From NCBI GenBank assembly GCA_013265495.1, contig MU058065.1, positions 8,845,819 to 8,909,818 on the forward strand: a stretch of 64,000 nucleotides of DNA, written 5' to 3'. A program made the position numbers and the translations under genes. Positions within the stretch are counted from its first letter, which is position 1. Every line of letters starts with the position of its first letter. Source of the stretch: Vicugna vicugna (lineage: Eukaryota). Shown here one piece after another: positions 26,860-39,960 of the stretch. The notes below the pieces were generated by a model. It had not been told where the DNA came from and did no database searches. It saw only the letters and a program-made list of their open reading frames with translations.

Positions 26860-28780
26860 TCACTATTCTAGTGAAAAATGCTAAGTGGAAACCTCTGAAA
26901 CTGCCTCCAGATCCATACCAAGATAGTAAAAAAAAATACAATATCATATCCCATAAATAATAGTGGAAATTGTTGCTACCATTAAATACCTAAATGATGC
27001 AGAAGTGGTGAGCCCTCTATTTCTGTTTAACTCACCAGTGTGGCCCCTGCAGAAACCAGATGAATACTGGAGAATGACTGTGGCCTATTACAGACTTAAT
27101 CAAGTAGTAAACCTGATCATAGTTGCTGTGCCAGACGTGAATTTGTGCTAAGCAGATTAATAAGACCTTAGGTACATGATATGCAGCCATTGATTTGGAC
27201 AATGTCCTTTTTCATTCCACTTAGAAAAGAAGATCAGAAATGATTTGTACTCATGTGAGATAGACAATGGTGTTAATTTTCAATTTTGTCTCAGGGTTAT
27301 ATTAGTACTCTTACCCTTTGTCATAGTTTTGCTTGAAAAATCTGAATCACCTCCACATCCCACAGAACATCACAATGATTCATTACATCAATGATATCAT
27401 AATGATTGGACAAGAGAGGAAGAGGTGGCTAGGACACTGAAGGCCTTGTTAAGACATGTTCTCCAGAGGGTGAAAGATAAATTGTCTGAAGACTCACGAC
27501 CTGCCATTTCAATGAAATTTTTAGAGATCCAGTGGTCAGGGACATGCTGGGAGAGTCCTTCCAACGTAAAAGACAGATTGCTGAAAATCTTGTATCTTCT
27601 ACCATAAAGAGGAAAGCATAGTAGCTGGTAGGTCTCTTTGGGTTCTGCAAGCAATGCATTCAATACTTAGGAATAGCGCCCTGGTGACATGAAAGGCTGT
27701 CAGCTTTAAGTGGAGCCCAGAGCAGAAAAGGGCTCCAATTCAAGTCTAGCCTGTGTTGCAAGCAGCTTTGCTGCTTAAGCCATATGATCTGGCAAACTCC
27801 ATGATGCTGGAGGTGACAGTGGTGAGAAAATATGAGGGGGTGTTTATGACAAATCTTGATAGGAGTTTCACAGTGTGGGACCCTAATATATGGAACAAGG
27901 CCATGATTAGGCAGCCTAGACCCTTTGTTACCTACCACAGTTGCACCATACCCCTTCCCCAGTACCATGGCATTATGGAGGAGTCTGCTTGACCAGCTAA
28001 AGAAAAAAGTCTGAGCTTAGTTAAGATTGGCTTGACACATGAGAGTGAGCCAAAAACAGACTGCATTCCAGCCATACTAGGGATGGCCCTGAAAGACAGT
28101 GGAGAGGGAAATTCTTCCTACTGAGCAGAGCAGTAAGCAGTACACCTGGCATCTACTTTCTACAGAAGTCAAGAATATTTATACATGTAAGTTCCTGGGT
28201 ACAAGCAGCCAGTGGCCTGGCATTCTGATCAGAGATATGGAAATAAAAGCATTGGAAGGTTAGAGATAAGGGGGTATGGGATAGAGGTATGTGAGAAAAT
28301 ATATGGGAGGGGACATGAAGTGTATTGTACATTAATTCATCAGAAAGCCTCTACCATGAATGAAGTACTGAACAACGAAGCAGACAAAATGACTAGCTGA
28401 TTGGCATTAGCCAGTCTTTGTCATCAGTCATCCCACAACTGTCACAATGGGTACATGAATGAAGGAGCCATGGTGGCAGATGTGCAGCCTATATATGGGC
28501 CCAACAGCATGGTCTACCACATATAGAGACTTATTTAGCAACTACTGTCTCTGAATATCCAGTCTATTAGCAACAGAGACCAATGCTGAGCCCTGAGTAA
28601 AGTACTATTTATTACTCAAAGAAACCAGCAGGCCACTTGGTGGTTAATGTTGACTACATTGGGGCCTTGGTTCATCCACAAGGGATAGATACCTATTCCA
28701 GGTTAGGGTCTGCCTTTCATGTTCACAAAGTGTCAACTAGCACCACTATTTGCAGAAGTGAGAGGATGTATACGAGCTGC
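26860..28780 (+). mobile_element. Degenerate ERVL-class endogenous retrovirus internal region (pol: RT, RNase H and integrase remnants; ERV3-16A3-like)
   Basis: ORF 26963-27151 (FNSPVWPLQKPDEYWRMTVAYYRLNQVV...AVPDV) is ERVL RT-like. The catalytic motif has decayed to YIND at 27384-27395. GIDTYS is integrase-like (ORF 28637). Many stops and frameshifts. Confidence 0.9.
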
Positions 28781-28944
28781 CGTTCTGGGATCTACTGCAA
28801 TAATAGGGCCTGTAGCGCATCTCACTAACCTCCTCGTTTTTGGGTTCCCCCTAGGAAGATAGGTCCATGGTAGCCATGGAGTTGCTGCCCTCTTTTTCCT
28901 TTTTCCTGTATGGAAAAGTAGATCTGTCTGATGAATGGAGTGGA

Positions 28945-29377
28945 TAGTAATAACCATGAAGATTTGACTTTCAGATTTCTCACCTTGGAAAGCATGACTG
29001 ACCAACAGCCCTAGCTGTTGTGCTCAGAAATCTATCACCCATTTGCGCTGAAACCATATTTCTCACAGGCTGCTCCTAGGCAATGACCAAGCGAGGCAGG
29101 TCCATTCCCAGAAGGGCACAGGACTCCTCACAAGGTGACTTTGACTCAGGGACTCCTACAATCTTTCCTAACTCTCAGAACTGCACTGCAGTCTGAGATG
29201 TTTCTAACCCAGCTCACTTCCTTCTCTTTCTCATTTATCTAAAGGTAGACCTGTGCTATAGTCTGATGACTCTTTTGGCCTCTTCAGTCTCCTTGTTTCC
29301 CTTATAGACCTTTTTTTAAATAAAAATTTTCATCCAATCACATCCTGTCTTCTTCTCAAAAGACCTGAACTAACACA
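28945..29377 (+). mobile_element. LTR16-family 3' LTR of the ERVL element
   Basis: Follows a purine-rich GAATGGAGTGGA. Contains LTR16-like CTCAGAACTGCACTGCAGTCTGAGA and AATAAA, and ends TTCTCAAAAGACCTGAACTAACACA. Confidence 0.75.
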
Positions 29378-29521
29378 CTCTATAAAATCCTTTCAAACAC
29401 TGCATGTATAAGAACATACGCCTACGCTCAAATGAGCCATTAGTTCAGACAATCTAGTAAATATTTCACCCCACCTCTCTTCCCCATAGGTCCTCAGCAC
29501 AAGAAAAAGAACCTACTTTCT

Positions 29522-29570
29522 AAAAAAAAAAAAAAAACAAAAAAAAAAAAAAAAAAACAAAAAAAAAAAA
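29522..29570 (+). repeat. Poly(A) tract A16-C-A19-C-A12
   Basis: Read directly. Confidence 0.95.
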
Positions 29571-29920
29571 CCAACCCAGAAAACCGAGTTAATAAAAGTT
29601 TATCATTAAAGTAAGGACATGAGTAGAGTTGACAGAGTAACCCATGATGCAGGAGTGAGGACTTTACACTAGAGGATCGAGCCCAAAGTCCTCTTTCCTT
29701 TTACACTTTTAGCCTGTTTTCTCCTTGCCTTCTGTGAAGCATCTGTTTTACCTTTTGTGAGATGGGAGAAGATTAGAAGCGAGCTCATAGAAAAGTGCCC
29801 AACGTGATGACTTCCCTACTGGATGTCTCAAGCTACCAGACAAATCTTGAATGATTCAACATCCTGGTAGAAAAAGGAAACTACCAATTGTTCCATATAG
29901 AGTAAATCATTTCAAGGAAA

Positions 29921-29938
29921 CACACACACACACACACA
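29921..29938 (+). repeat. (CA)9 microsatellite
   Basis: Read directly. Confidence 0.9.
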
Positions 29939-30769
29939 GTATGTGGGCATTGTTTATGAGAAAAGTGAAAAAAATTAAAGCAATGGGCCCTTGAAAGAAC
30001 TCTAAAGCACAAGAAAAAAAGTTAAATAAAGGATAGAAAGATCAGGTTTTACAGGAATTAAAAAAAAAAAAAGCCTAAATGTTGAACTAGCAATACAAAA
30101 GAAGCTACTATACAAGGAAAAGCAACCTTCAAAGAATGGAAAGTTTGCCTTCAGAAAGTACCACAGAAGTATGGGTGTTAAATATATCAACTAAAATCTA
30201 GATGTCAAAAAAGAACTCAAGAAGAACTCAAGCGTCTTGAGGGACTCAAAGAGCAATACCAAGAGATTCTTTAAAATCCCTAATGATAAAAGTTCAGTTA
30301 AAATTTAAAAAGTACAAATTAATGTCTTCCTTTAGGAGGCATCAGAGGATTTCCAAGACCAAATTTTCTTCTGAACAACCAAGTTAGAGTGATTAGTCCA
30401 AATTATGATAATGCTTATATCTTGTACAATTTATTAGCCAACCATTTGTAGGTTAACTCCTTAAAAACATGTTTTTCAAATATTTCACCACTCTTATTAA
30501 GGCTCTTACCAAAGGTTGTGGTTAGTCCTCACAGTGCCTTTGTAAGAATTAGAAAAAGGTGTCCCCTCAGGAATTTCAGCTTCTACGGTAAAGGGCACAA
30601 CCTTAATACACTCACACACCCACTCAGTGGATGAATTTACCAGCAAATCTCAAAGAAATCTGAAATGAAGAGTTGTGAACTCCTTCATTTTCCAACTTTT
30701 CTACCTGAGATTTAACTCTGTCTCTCCACGCTCCCTCATGTCAGGAAGAAATGCTCTTTCTGGACTTAG

Positions 30770-31200
30770 TCCATCCTCCTGGGCACTTCCTCCTCTCCCC
30801 TTCCAGGGCCCAGTTGTACCCATTTACATGCTCACACTGCTACTCCTGTGCTTTCTATAGCTTGTTTTCCTCGGTTTTCATGTAGGCTCAAGTCTCTTGA
30901 CTTAAAAAATACTAATCCTTCTCTTCACTCTGTCCTCCAATGCCAAACTTACGCACAGCTGTATGTATGTCTTTGTCCTCACTTCTTCACCCCTCATTTG
31001 CTCCTCAGCTTTCTCACTGTTGTATCTTATTTCACTACTTCATTCAAAAACATTCAAAAAAGGTCAGTCCTGACTCCGTAAATCACAATAATTTCTGTTT
31101 TTATCCTTCTTGATGTCTCTGCATCACTGGACTCTGTTGACTTTCTTTAAACTTTTTCTGCCACTGGCTTTTCAGAGACCTCCACCTCTCTGCCTTGTCT
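30770..31200 (+). mobile_element. L2 internal fragment
   Basis: CCTCACTTCTTCACCCCTCATTTGCTCCTCA...ATCCTTCTTGATGTCTCTGCA. Confidence 0.55.
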
Positions 31201-34200
31201 TTCTTAGCATATTATTGTGACTTTTATTAATGTAAAAAAGCAGGAAGAGCAGCACAGCCTCACCTCTAAGCTTTAATGATGTAACTTACTATGAAGAGTA
31301 AGATCATTGAAAAATTGTACAAACTTGACATATTGATAGAAAATATATTTTATTTCATTAAGGGGAAATCATATCTAAAATAATGTGCCAAACTTCTTTG
31401 AAAGCAAAATTAAATACATTAATGAGAGCATAACAATAAATGTAATGTTTATAGAAGTAATTGATAAGATTCTATACTAGAAACACTTAAAAACACAAAA
31501 GTCATCATGGAAAATATTTTGTGGGATAAGATCTACACTAAAAGCACTAAATAAAGGATAAGGATAAATGGGCACTTATAACGTAAGTACTTTGAACAAG
31601 CACCCCCCTCCCCAAATTTAACTTTTCTCTTCAATTGCCTATTTACATTTATTCAGTGGGTCTGGTCCTTTGTCTGCTTCTCTGTAAAAACTTGGCTTTT
31701 CTTCTTACCCTTACATAAGAAGGGTTCAACCTGCTGGTTCACTTTAAGATTCACTCTTGGCCTGAGATAAAGGGGAATGTAGTACTTAACAACTCTCTCT
31801 CTTTAAAAAAAAAAAATCACTTCCACAAATGCCCAGTAAAACTATAATTTGTACCTTTGTGATAATGTGAGCTTTGTAACTCTAAAATTCACAAATTCAC
31901 AATTCACTTAGGTACCTGATTCCTTAAGATCTCAGCTGAAACTTCCACCTTAACATTCCATTCCACCTGGATGAGAGATTCAGACAGCAGGGTACACCAG
32001 AAATTGGCTTTAAGGTATTCTTATGGAACAGTTTGGTAAATGATTTAAAAGTGAGCATATATGTGAAATCTCCAAAGTGTCATATGACACAAAACTTCCA
32101 ATTAGTAAAATGTCAAGTCAATAGGATAAACTGCAGGAAGATGCAGGCTGGGTGAGTGGGCAGAGAAGTGGCAGATGGATATTCAAGGATAAGACAAAAG
32201 ATGCTTTCAGGACAAAAATCCAAACACCACTGTTAGGGTAATGGTCTCTAGGGTATCAGCCATGACTCTCTGGAAGTATGGGGTTCAGAAAAGGTACAAA
32301 TCTGCACATGAAATACAGTTCCTATTTATAGTTCTTATGTTATTAGAGTCTTTTACATATTTGAACTAAAGTTCTTTATCCTCATTAAAATCATTAAAAT
32401 AAGGCTGCATTCTATAGCAAGATTTTACCTTCAGTCAATATTTCCATATATACTTGTAATTAAGATAAAGTCTTAAAAACCGAAATTTATTATTCTTCAC
32501 ATAGAAGGTCTTTATTATGAATGTGCTAATAAAGTTTCCTTTTTGTTGCTATAAAGATGTGGGTATATCTTTCTACATGTATTTTCTCCCTATTGTGCAT
32601 GTGTGTGTACATTTGGTAATACTAGTATGTAATTACTTGAGGTGTAATTAAAAGTTTTTAGGAGACCCTTAAGATCTTTTTCCCCCAATTCAGAAGGCGA
32701 GGCATTGGATAGCTGGTACAATTTCCACTAATAAAAATAAATGTCCTGCAGACAGGAATTAGATAAGCAGCTTGTTTCTGCAAAAGTTGAACTGCAGCCA
32801 GTCTCCTACAAACTCATTTCATACATATTTCTCTCTTCCAAAAAAAAATTGAGAAGATGGATGAACTAAAAAATTTCCAGGAAGGTACTGAGGATTCTGC
32901 TCAGGATTATCGCAGGGGGGAGCTTCCATCTGTTCTAATAGTTTAACTTGCTCTTCTTTGTTTCATATTTCTTTATCAGGACTTTGGAGTTTCTGCATAA
33001 GCTCAAATATTTTTCTCATTTCCCCCTTTTATTAAAAATACCACATGTATTTGAAAAACATTGCCTTGCTCTATTGCTTACACTATTATTTTAGGGTAGA
33101 AAAATATTTTGTCACAGAAATATTTCATGACATTTCTATGGCTATGTAAACATATAATTTTTTAAATGCTTTGATTGATTGGTTTTAGATTGTCTCAGAT
33201 TCCATTAGCTTTCTCTGCCTCCCTGATAAACCTTCAATTCCTGTATAATTTCCTGTTTATTCCTGCTCCCTGGCCCACAAAGGTCACCTTCAAGATATTA
33301 TCACATTTATGTAATGAAGGCAAAACCTAACCATCACCTAAATGATTTCAATATGAAGCATGCCTATAAACCAATGTAAGTAATTTTTGAAGTAAACAGA
33401 AATTAAAGATAGTACAAGAAAAGAAACTCCACAAATCTCAGCATTAGAACAAGCACAAAACTTCTTTTCTGCTGAATTCTTTGAATATATAAGTGCTGTA
33501 GTACTTATTTATAAAATCATTCACACTGTTAATACTTTTATCTCATACTTGGTATTAATACGCTATATGGTTTTCTCTTTGTGTATGACATCTTCCTATT
33601 TTAATATTCATGTTAATAGCTCTCATAACAGAAAGGTGGGTAGATTTTAATTTTTAGCAGTCCTTTATTTTCTTCAGTACCTTCTCACTTTTAAAGATGA
33701 AAAACATGAAAGTGAATGTCTATAAGATTTTTTTAACTAGAGAAATTCCTTATATTGTTTTTTTAACAAAAAAAAAAACCAAAAAACCCTGGGCCCAGTA
33801 ATTCATGGTTTTAAATTACTTGTTTGGAATTTTAGGGACTTCTCTACTGCTCTGATCTCCCAATTAAAAAAAAAAAAAGAAGAAGTATGCAAGGTGCATA
33901 TGAAAACACTCTCAACTTCCCTGAGAAAGGTGATACTTTATAATAATTCTTTTATGATGGGTTTCTCTAATTTTCCACCACAAATTAGTATCCGAGGTTC
34001 TTTCAAGCAGACATTTCTTTCATATGCTCTAACACTACATGGTTGACCTTGAGGTGAGAGTGGAAACCAGCCCAAATCACACTGACTCCCATTTTCTGCT
34101 CTAAACATTTTTATATGAAAATATCAGGTTAAAAGAAATAAACCTTAAAAGGAGGGAATGAGGAAGTCCCAGAAGAGCCAAACCCAGTATGGGCAGAGGG

Positions 34201-34824
34201 TGTGCATAGAAGATAAGCCAGTCTTACCTGCCTGCTTTGACCAAGTGTATAGCAGTAAGTTGGGCTCACTGAATTCATATATAAAAAACTCCTCCCACCA
34301 AAAGAAAAAAGAATGCTGAGGACATTGAATTTTTATAGCCCTGTGAGTCAGGTAGTATTATTATCTTCATATTTTACAGATGAGAAAACTGTATTTCAGG
34401 GCATTTTTAGCACCAGTTGGGGAATTGGCCAACTGCCTGAGTGAGTCAGTGAGTCATGGTCCAGATGCTCAACCTTGCAGCCACTGGGGCCCAAGACAAT
34501 TAGCCCATGTTCTGATTCTCCTTGATTTAGCTGTGCCCAGTATACACCCTGAACATTTGATAATACAGGCTTAAAAATAACTGCATATTGTACAGTTTTA
34601 TACAAATATCTGTGTTAATGAATATTTATTTTCAGTATTTGAATCACCAACTCTTATTTCAGTGCTGATTTTCACTTTGGCCATTTGTGCCAATATAAGG
34701 AGGCATTGGCATGAATATTGGAAGTGGGCAGTTTGCCCACCCAGCAGGACCACACAAATAAGCCAAACACTGAAACTTGCTGTCATATCATCCTTTAAAA
34801 TTAAAGCTAGATTGAGGAAAGCTA

Positions 34825-34837
34825 CCACCAGGGGGCA
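34825..34837 (+). promoter_or_regulatory. Candidate CTCF binding site
   Basis: CCACCAGGGGGCA matches the CTCF core consensus. Confidence 0.6.
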
Positions 34838-34857
34838 ATAAATATTTTATCACATGG

Positions 34858-35200
34858 TCAGAACCAGAGAAAAATTAGTGGCCAGCAGCCATATTTTGCG
34901 TGGTTCAAGTGGTTTGTTGGTTTGTTCATTTTAAATTTAAGTCAACATTTAATAATCAGCCATGTTTACATAAAAATATAGATTTTCAGTTTTTCTGGGA
35001 AAATCAGAATATCGAGAAATTACTGACTCTATGTTTCCTCAAGATAACAATTGGCTGCAGCTGACTCCAGCTGCCCTATTTCGATAGCCAGGCTATCTCT
35101 AGCACTCCATCATTCACATAATATATGCACATGTACTTACACCCAGCCTGCTTCAGGTTACCTGCCTGGCCTCTGTGGCATGTTAATGTGTGAACTCCTC
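34858..35200. mobile_element. MER102-like hAT-Charlie element
   Basis: ACAATTGGCTGCAGCTGA...CCCAGCCTGCTTCA...TTACCTGCCTGGCCTCTGTGGCAT. Confidence 0.65.
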
Positions 35201-35894
35201 ATTCAAATAATCAGGTTAAGGCAGGAAGTATGGTTACAAGAAAGATTATATGTATTAACCATTTAGAATTATTTAAATAAATATTGTAACTTTTTTGGCT
35301 AAAAGCAACACTGTACCATCAAAGAATAAAATAATTGAATATTAATACTGAGATCAACATATTTTAAAATGGCCAAAACATTCTATATGTCTTTCACTAA
35401 TGCTTAACTACTTTCAATTAAGTTATTCTAACTTTGTTCTTATCCTCTCTCTGAAACAGAAATTCAGATATTCATCCTATATCTACATCCTGAAGGAATC
35501 AGGGCCCTCCTAAAGAGGCTATATATTTTGTCACTTCAAATCAATTTGGCATCTGGTCATTCCCTCAGCTGCAAGTAAAAGGAAGAATTATACAGCTGCC
35601 ATGAAAAGCTTGCTTAGATGCAGTTTCCTAACTTCTTACCTAACTCATTCTCTCTCTAGCAGGTGGAAAAACTGCTGGAGGAGATGACAAAGGCAGCATA
35701 CTTTTCCTTTTTGCCTTCTTCTCACTCTTCTGTGAGTTTACTTACAATCAGAACAGGCAGAGAGAGGCAATGATGGTCTTCAAGGTTAATGGAAGCTTTG
35801 ACAATGAGGATATTTCTCTTTTCAGACTCATAGACTGTTCTCACTACTCAGAGCCAAATTTTCTGGTTTCATAGAGAAGTTACTGTTGCTCTGT

Positions 35895-36152
35895 AGAGGT
35901 AGTTTGGTGGCAGACAGAGTTCTAGCTTTGAGTGAAAAAAGCTTGGTTCAAATTGTTACTCTATCCCTCACCAGGTATTCATTACTAATTTACTTGTACT
36001 CTGAGGCTCAATTTTCTTGACTGTAAGATGAGGATAATACTATTGGCCCATACTACTCCCCCCATGTTTTTATAAATAATCGAAATAATACATATGATAA
36101 AAACAAAGTATAGAACATTATGTAATATATAATAATTTGGAAAATGCTTTGG
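35895..36152 (+). mobile_element. MIR SINE
   Basis: GGTTCAAAT...CTCTGAGGCTCAATTTTCTTGACTGTAAGATGAGGATAATA. Confidence 0.7.
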
Positions 36153-36265
36153 AGACAAACTGACCAAAGATGGCTACTTTTCTAATTCTGAGGGTTTACT
36201 AATTAGGATGCAGATGAACAAGGTCTTCATAGTGAAAGAGACTTTTAAAAGTCAAAGCAGTGAGT

Positions 36266-39200
36266 CCTCAGGTAAGATGGCAGAGTAGGAAGTACCAGGA
36301 ATCTGTCTTCCCACCTAGACAACAACTGCACTCACAGAATTGATCTGATGTAACTATTTTGAAACTCTAAAGTCTTTTGAAGGCTTGTAACTTCCACAGG
36401 AAGGTTTGGATGGTAAATTGTGGTTAATTTTGGACAATTTCAGCTCTTAGCACAGTAGCAGCTACCATTCCCCACCGCCCAGACCCCAGCTTGCCAAAAC
36501 AGTCTTGAGAAAAAAAGAACAAAGCTGGAGGCATCATGTTCTCAGACTTCAGACTATACTACAAAGCTACAGTCATCAAAATAGTATGGTACCAGCACAA
36601 AAATAGACACCTGGATCAATGGAACAGAATAGAGAGCCCAGAATTAAACCCACACATTTTTGGTCAATTAATCTACAACAACAAAGGAGGCAAGAATATA
36701 CAATGAGGAAAAGATAGTCTCTTCAGTAAGTGGCACTAGGAAAATGGGACATCTACATGTAAAAGTATAGAAGGAGAATGTTCTCTAACACCATATTCAA
36801 AAATAAACTCAAAATGGATTAAGGACCTAAATGTAAGACCAGAAACCATAAAACTTGTAGAAGAAAACACAGGCAATACATTTCTGGTTCTCCTTTTATT
36901 CTTCTACATGTAGATGTTCCATTCAATGGATTTCCTAAAATAAAAGGAGAATCTGCTGAATGAGAGGAAATATTTGCAAATTATATGACTGATAAAGGGT
37001 TAATATACAAAATATATAAACAGCTCATATAACTCAATATCAAAAAATAAACAACCCAATTAAAAAATGGGCATAAGACCTGATAGACATTTTTCCAAAA
37101 AAGACATACAGATGGCCAATAGGCACATGAAAAAATGTTCAACATCACTAATCATCAGAGAAATGCAAATCAAAACCACAATGAGATATCACCTCACACT
37201 TGTCAGAATAGCTATCATCAAAAAGATCACAAATAACAAATGTTGGCAAAGATGTGGTGAAAAGGAACTCTTGTACACTGTTGATGGAAATGTAAATTGA
37301 TGCAGTCACTATGGAAAACAATATGGAAGTTTCTCAAAAAACTAAAAATAGAACTACCGTATCATCCAGCAATTCCACTCCTAACTATATATCCAAAGAA
37401 AACAAAAACACTAATTTGAAAAGATACATGGACCCCAATATTCATAGCACCATTATTTACAATAGCCAAGGTATAGAAGCAACCTAAGTGTCCATCAACA
37501 CATAAATGGATAAAGAAGGTGTGGTATATGTATACCTATCTAGATAGATAGATAGATAGATATATATAGATAGATATAATGCAATATTACTCATCCATAA
37601 ACAAGAATGAAATTTTGCCATTCACAACAACATGGATGGACATGGAGGGTACTATGCTTAGTGAAATAAGTCAGACAGAGAAAGACAAGTACTGTATGTT
37701 ATCACTTGTATGTGGAATCTAAAAAATGAAACAAATTAATATAACAAACCAGCAACAGACTGACAGATATTGAGAACAAACTAGTGGTCTAGTGGTTACC
37801 AGTGGGCAGAGGGAGGAGGGGAGGGGTGAGATAGGGGTAGGGGATTAAGAGGTACAAACTAGTATGTATAAAATAAATAAGATATAAGGACATATTGTAC
37901 CACACAGGGAATATAGCCAATATTTTATAATAACTTTAAATGGAGTACAATCTATAAAATACTGAATCACTATGTTGTACACATAAAACTAATATAATAT
38001 TGTAAATCAATTATACTTCAATAAAAAGAAAGAAAGAAAGAAAGAAAGACAGACAGACAACTGTCCTAAAGATATTCAAAGAACTAAAGGACGACATGGA
38101 GGAAGTCAAGAAAACAATGTATTAAAAAATGGAAATATCAATTAAGACACAGAAAGCCTAAAAAGAAAACAAAAAGAAATTCTGAAGCTCAAAAGTGTAA
38201 CTGCAATGAAAGACTCACTATAGAGATTCTAAAGCAGATTTGAGCAAGTGGAAAAAAGAATCAAGAAACTCAGAATAGGACAATGGGAATTCCTGAGCCT
38301 GAAGAACATAAAGAAAAAGACCAAAAAAAAAGTGAACAGAGCATAGGGGACTTGAAGGATACCAACAAGCAAATCAACATACAGATAGTGGGAGTTCTGG
38401 AAAGAGAAGAGAGAGAAAGGGGTAGAGGGAATATTTAAAGCAATAATGGACAAAAACCTTCCATATTTGATGAAAGTCATGAATATAAATATCCAAGAAG
38501 TTAATGAAACTCAAGTAGCATGAACTCAAAGAAGCACACGCTGAGACCGGTTGTAATCAAATTGTCAAAAGCCAAAGACAGAGCGATTCTTGAAAGCAGC
38601 AAGAGAAAAGCAACTCATCACATAAAAGGGACCCTCAATCAGATTACTAGCAAAAATTTCTCATCAGAAACTTTGGAGGCCAGAAGTCAGTGGGCTGATA
38701 TATTCAATGTGCTAACAGACAAAAGAGTCAACCAAAAATCTCATGTCTGGCAAAACTGTCCTTCAAAAGTGAGGGAGAAATTAAGACATCTCTAGATAAA
38801 CAAAAGCTGAGGGAGTTCATGACCACTAGACCTGTCCTGTAAGAAATGCTCTAGGGAGTCCTGCAGATTGAAATGAAGGAACACTAGGCAGTAACTTGAA
38901 CCCATGTGAAGAAATAAAGATCACAATAAAGGTAAATACATGGGCAATTACAGAAGCTAGTGTTTTTGCTACAATGTTTGTAACTCCACTTTTTGTTTTC
39001 TGCATTATTTAAGAGACTAATACACTTAAAATTATTATTTTATGTTTTGGACACACAATGTATAAAGATGTAATTTTGTGACATCAGAAGCTGAAGGAGT
39101 AGAGACGTAGGTGCCAAGGAACAGAGCTTCTGTATGTTATTGATGTTAAACTGGCATAAATCCAAATTAGAGTGTTGTAACTTTGGAATATTAAATGTAA

Positions 39201-39765
39201 TACCCATGATAAGTACCAATAAAATGATACAGAATATACACAAAAGAAAATAAGAAAGGAATTCAAACATTTCACTACAAAAACACTAAACACAAAAGAA
39301 GACAGTAATGCAATAAATGAAGGACAAAAAGCTAAAAAATATATAGAAAACAAACAGCAAATGACTGTAAGTCCTTCATCAGGTAACCTTAAAAAAATTC
39401 TGACACATGCTACAACATAGATGAAACCTGAGGACATTATGCTAAGGGAAATAAGCCAGTCACAAAAGGACAAATATTGTATGATTTCCCTCATATGAGG
39501 TACCTAGACTAGTGAAAATCATAAACACAGAAAATAGAAAGGCAGTTGCCAGGGGATGGGATGAGGGGAATGGAAAGTTACTGCTAAATGGGTATAGAGT
39601 TTCAGTTTCACAGAATGAAGAGTTCTGGAGTGGACGGGTGGTGGTGGATGTACAACAATACCACTTAATACTTAATACCACTGAACTATACACTTAAAAA
39701 TAGTTAAAATGATATATTTTATGTTACACGTATTTTACCATAGTAAAAAAAAAAATTGAAAAAAA
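36266..39765 (+). mobile_element. Old L1MB-like element (5' end, ORF1, 3' end; most of ORF2 deleted) hosting a younger L1
   Basis: 5' end AAGATGGCAGAGTAGGAAG at ~36274. ORF1 remnants at 38060-38900 (MNSKKHTLRPVVIKLSKAKD...FSSETLEARSQWADIFNVL). Jumps at ~39385 to an L1MB 3' UTR. Confidence 0.85.
36490..38055 (+). mobile_element. Younger 5'-truncated L1 (L1MA9-like) with a (GAAA)n tail and an internal (GATA)n tract at ~37541-37575
   Basis: ORF 37067-37300 ([38 protein letters not shown]) is the L1 ORF2 C-terminus. 3' end CAATTATACTTCAATAAAAAGAAAGAAAG. Confidence 0.9.
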
Positions 39766-39789
39766 TCTATAATGAGGGCCTAGGGACTG

Positions 39790-39960
39790 TTAGGTGTAAT
39801 GGGGTTTCCTTTTGGGGTGGTGAATATTCTAAAGTTGATTAGGGTGGTGATTGTACAATTCTGTCAAATATACTAAAAAAAAATGAATTATACAATTTAA
39901 ATGGATGAATTATATGTTATGTAATTTATATCTCATAAAGGCTCTTATAAAATAAAAATA
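39790..39960 (+). mobile_element. Second L1 3'-UTR fragment
   Basis: GGGGTTTCCTTTTGGGGTGGTGAATATTCTAAA...TTATATCTCATAAAG. Confidence 0.7.

Noticed and set aside
26963..28828. RT- and integrase-like ORFs as a domesticated or active gene
   Set aside because: Fragmented by stops and frameshifts, and the catalytic YxDD is mutated.
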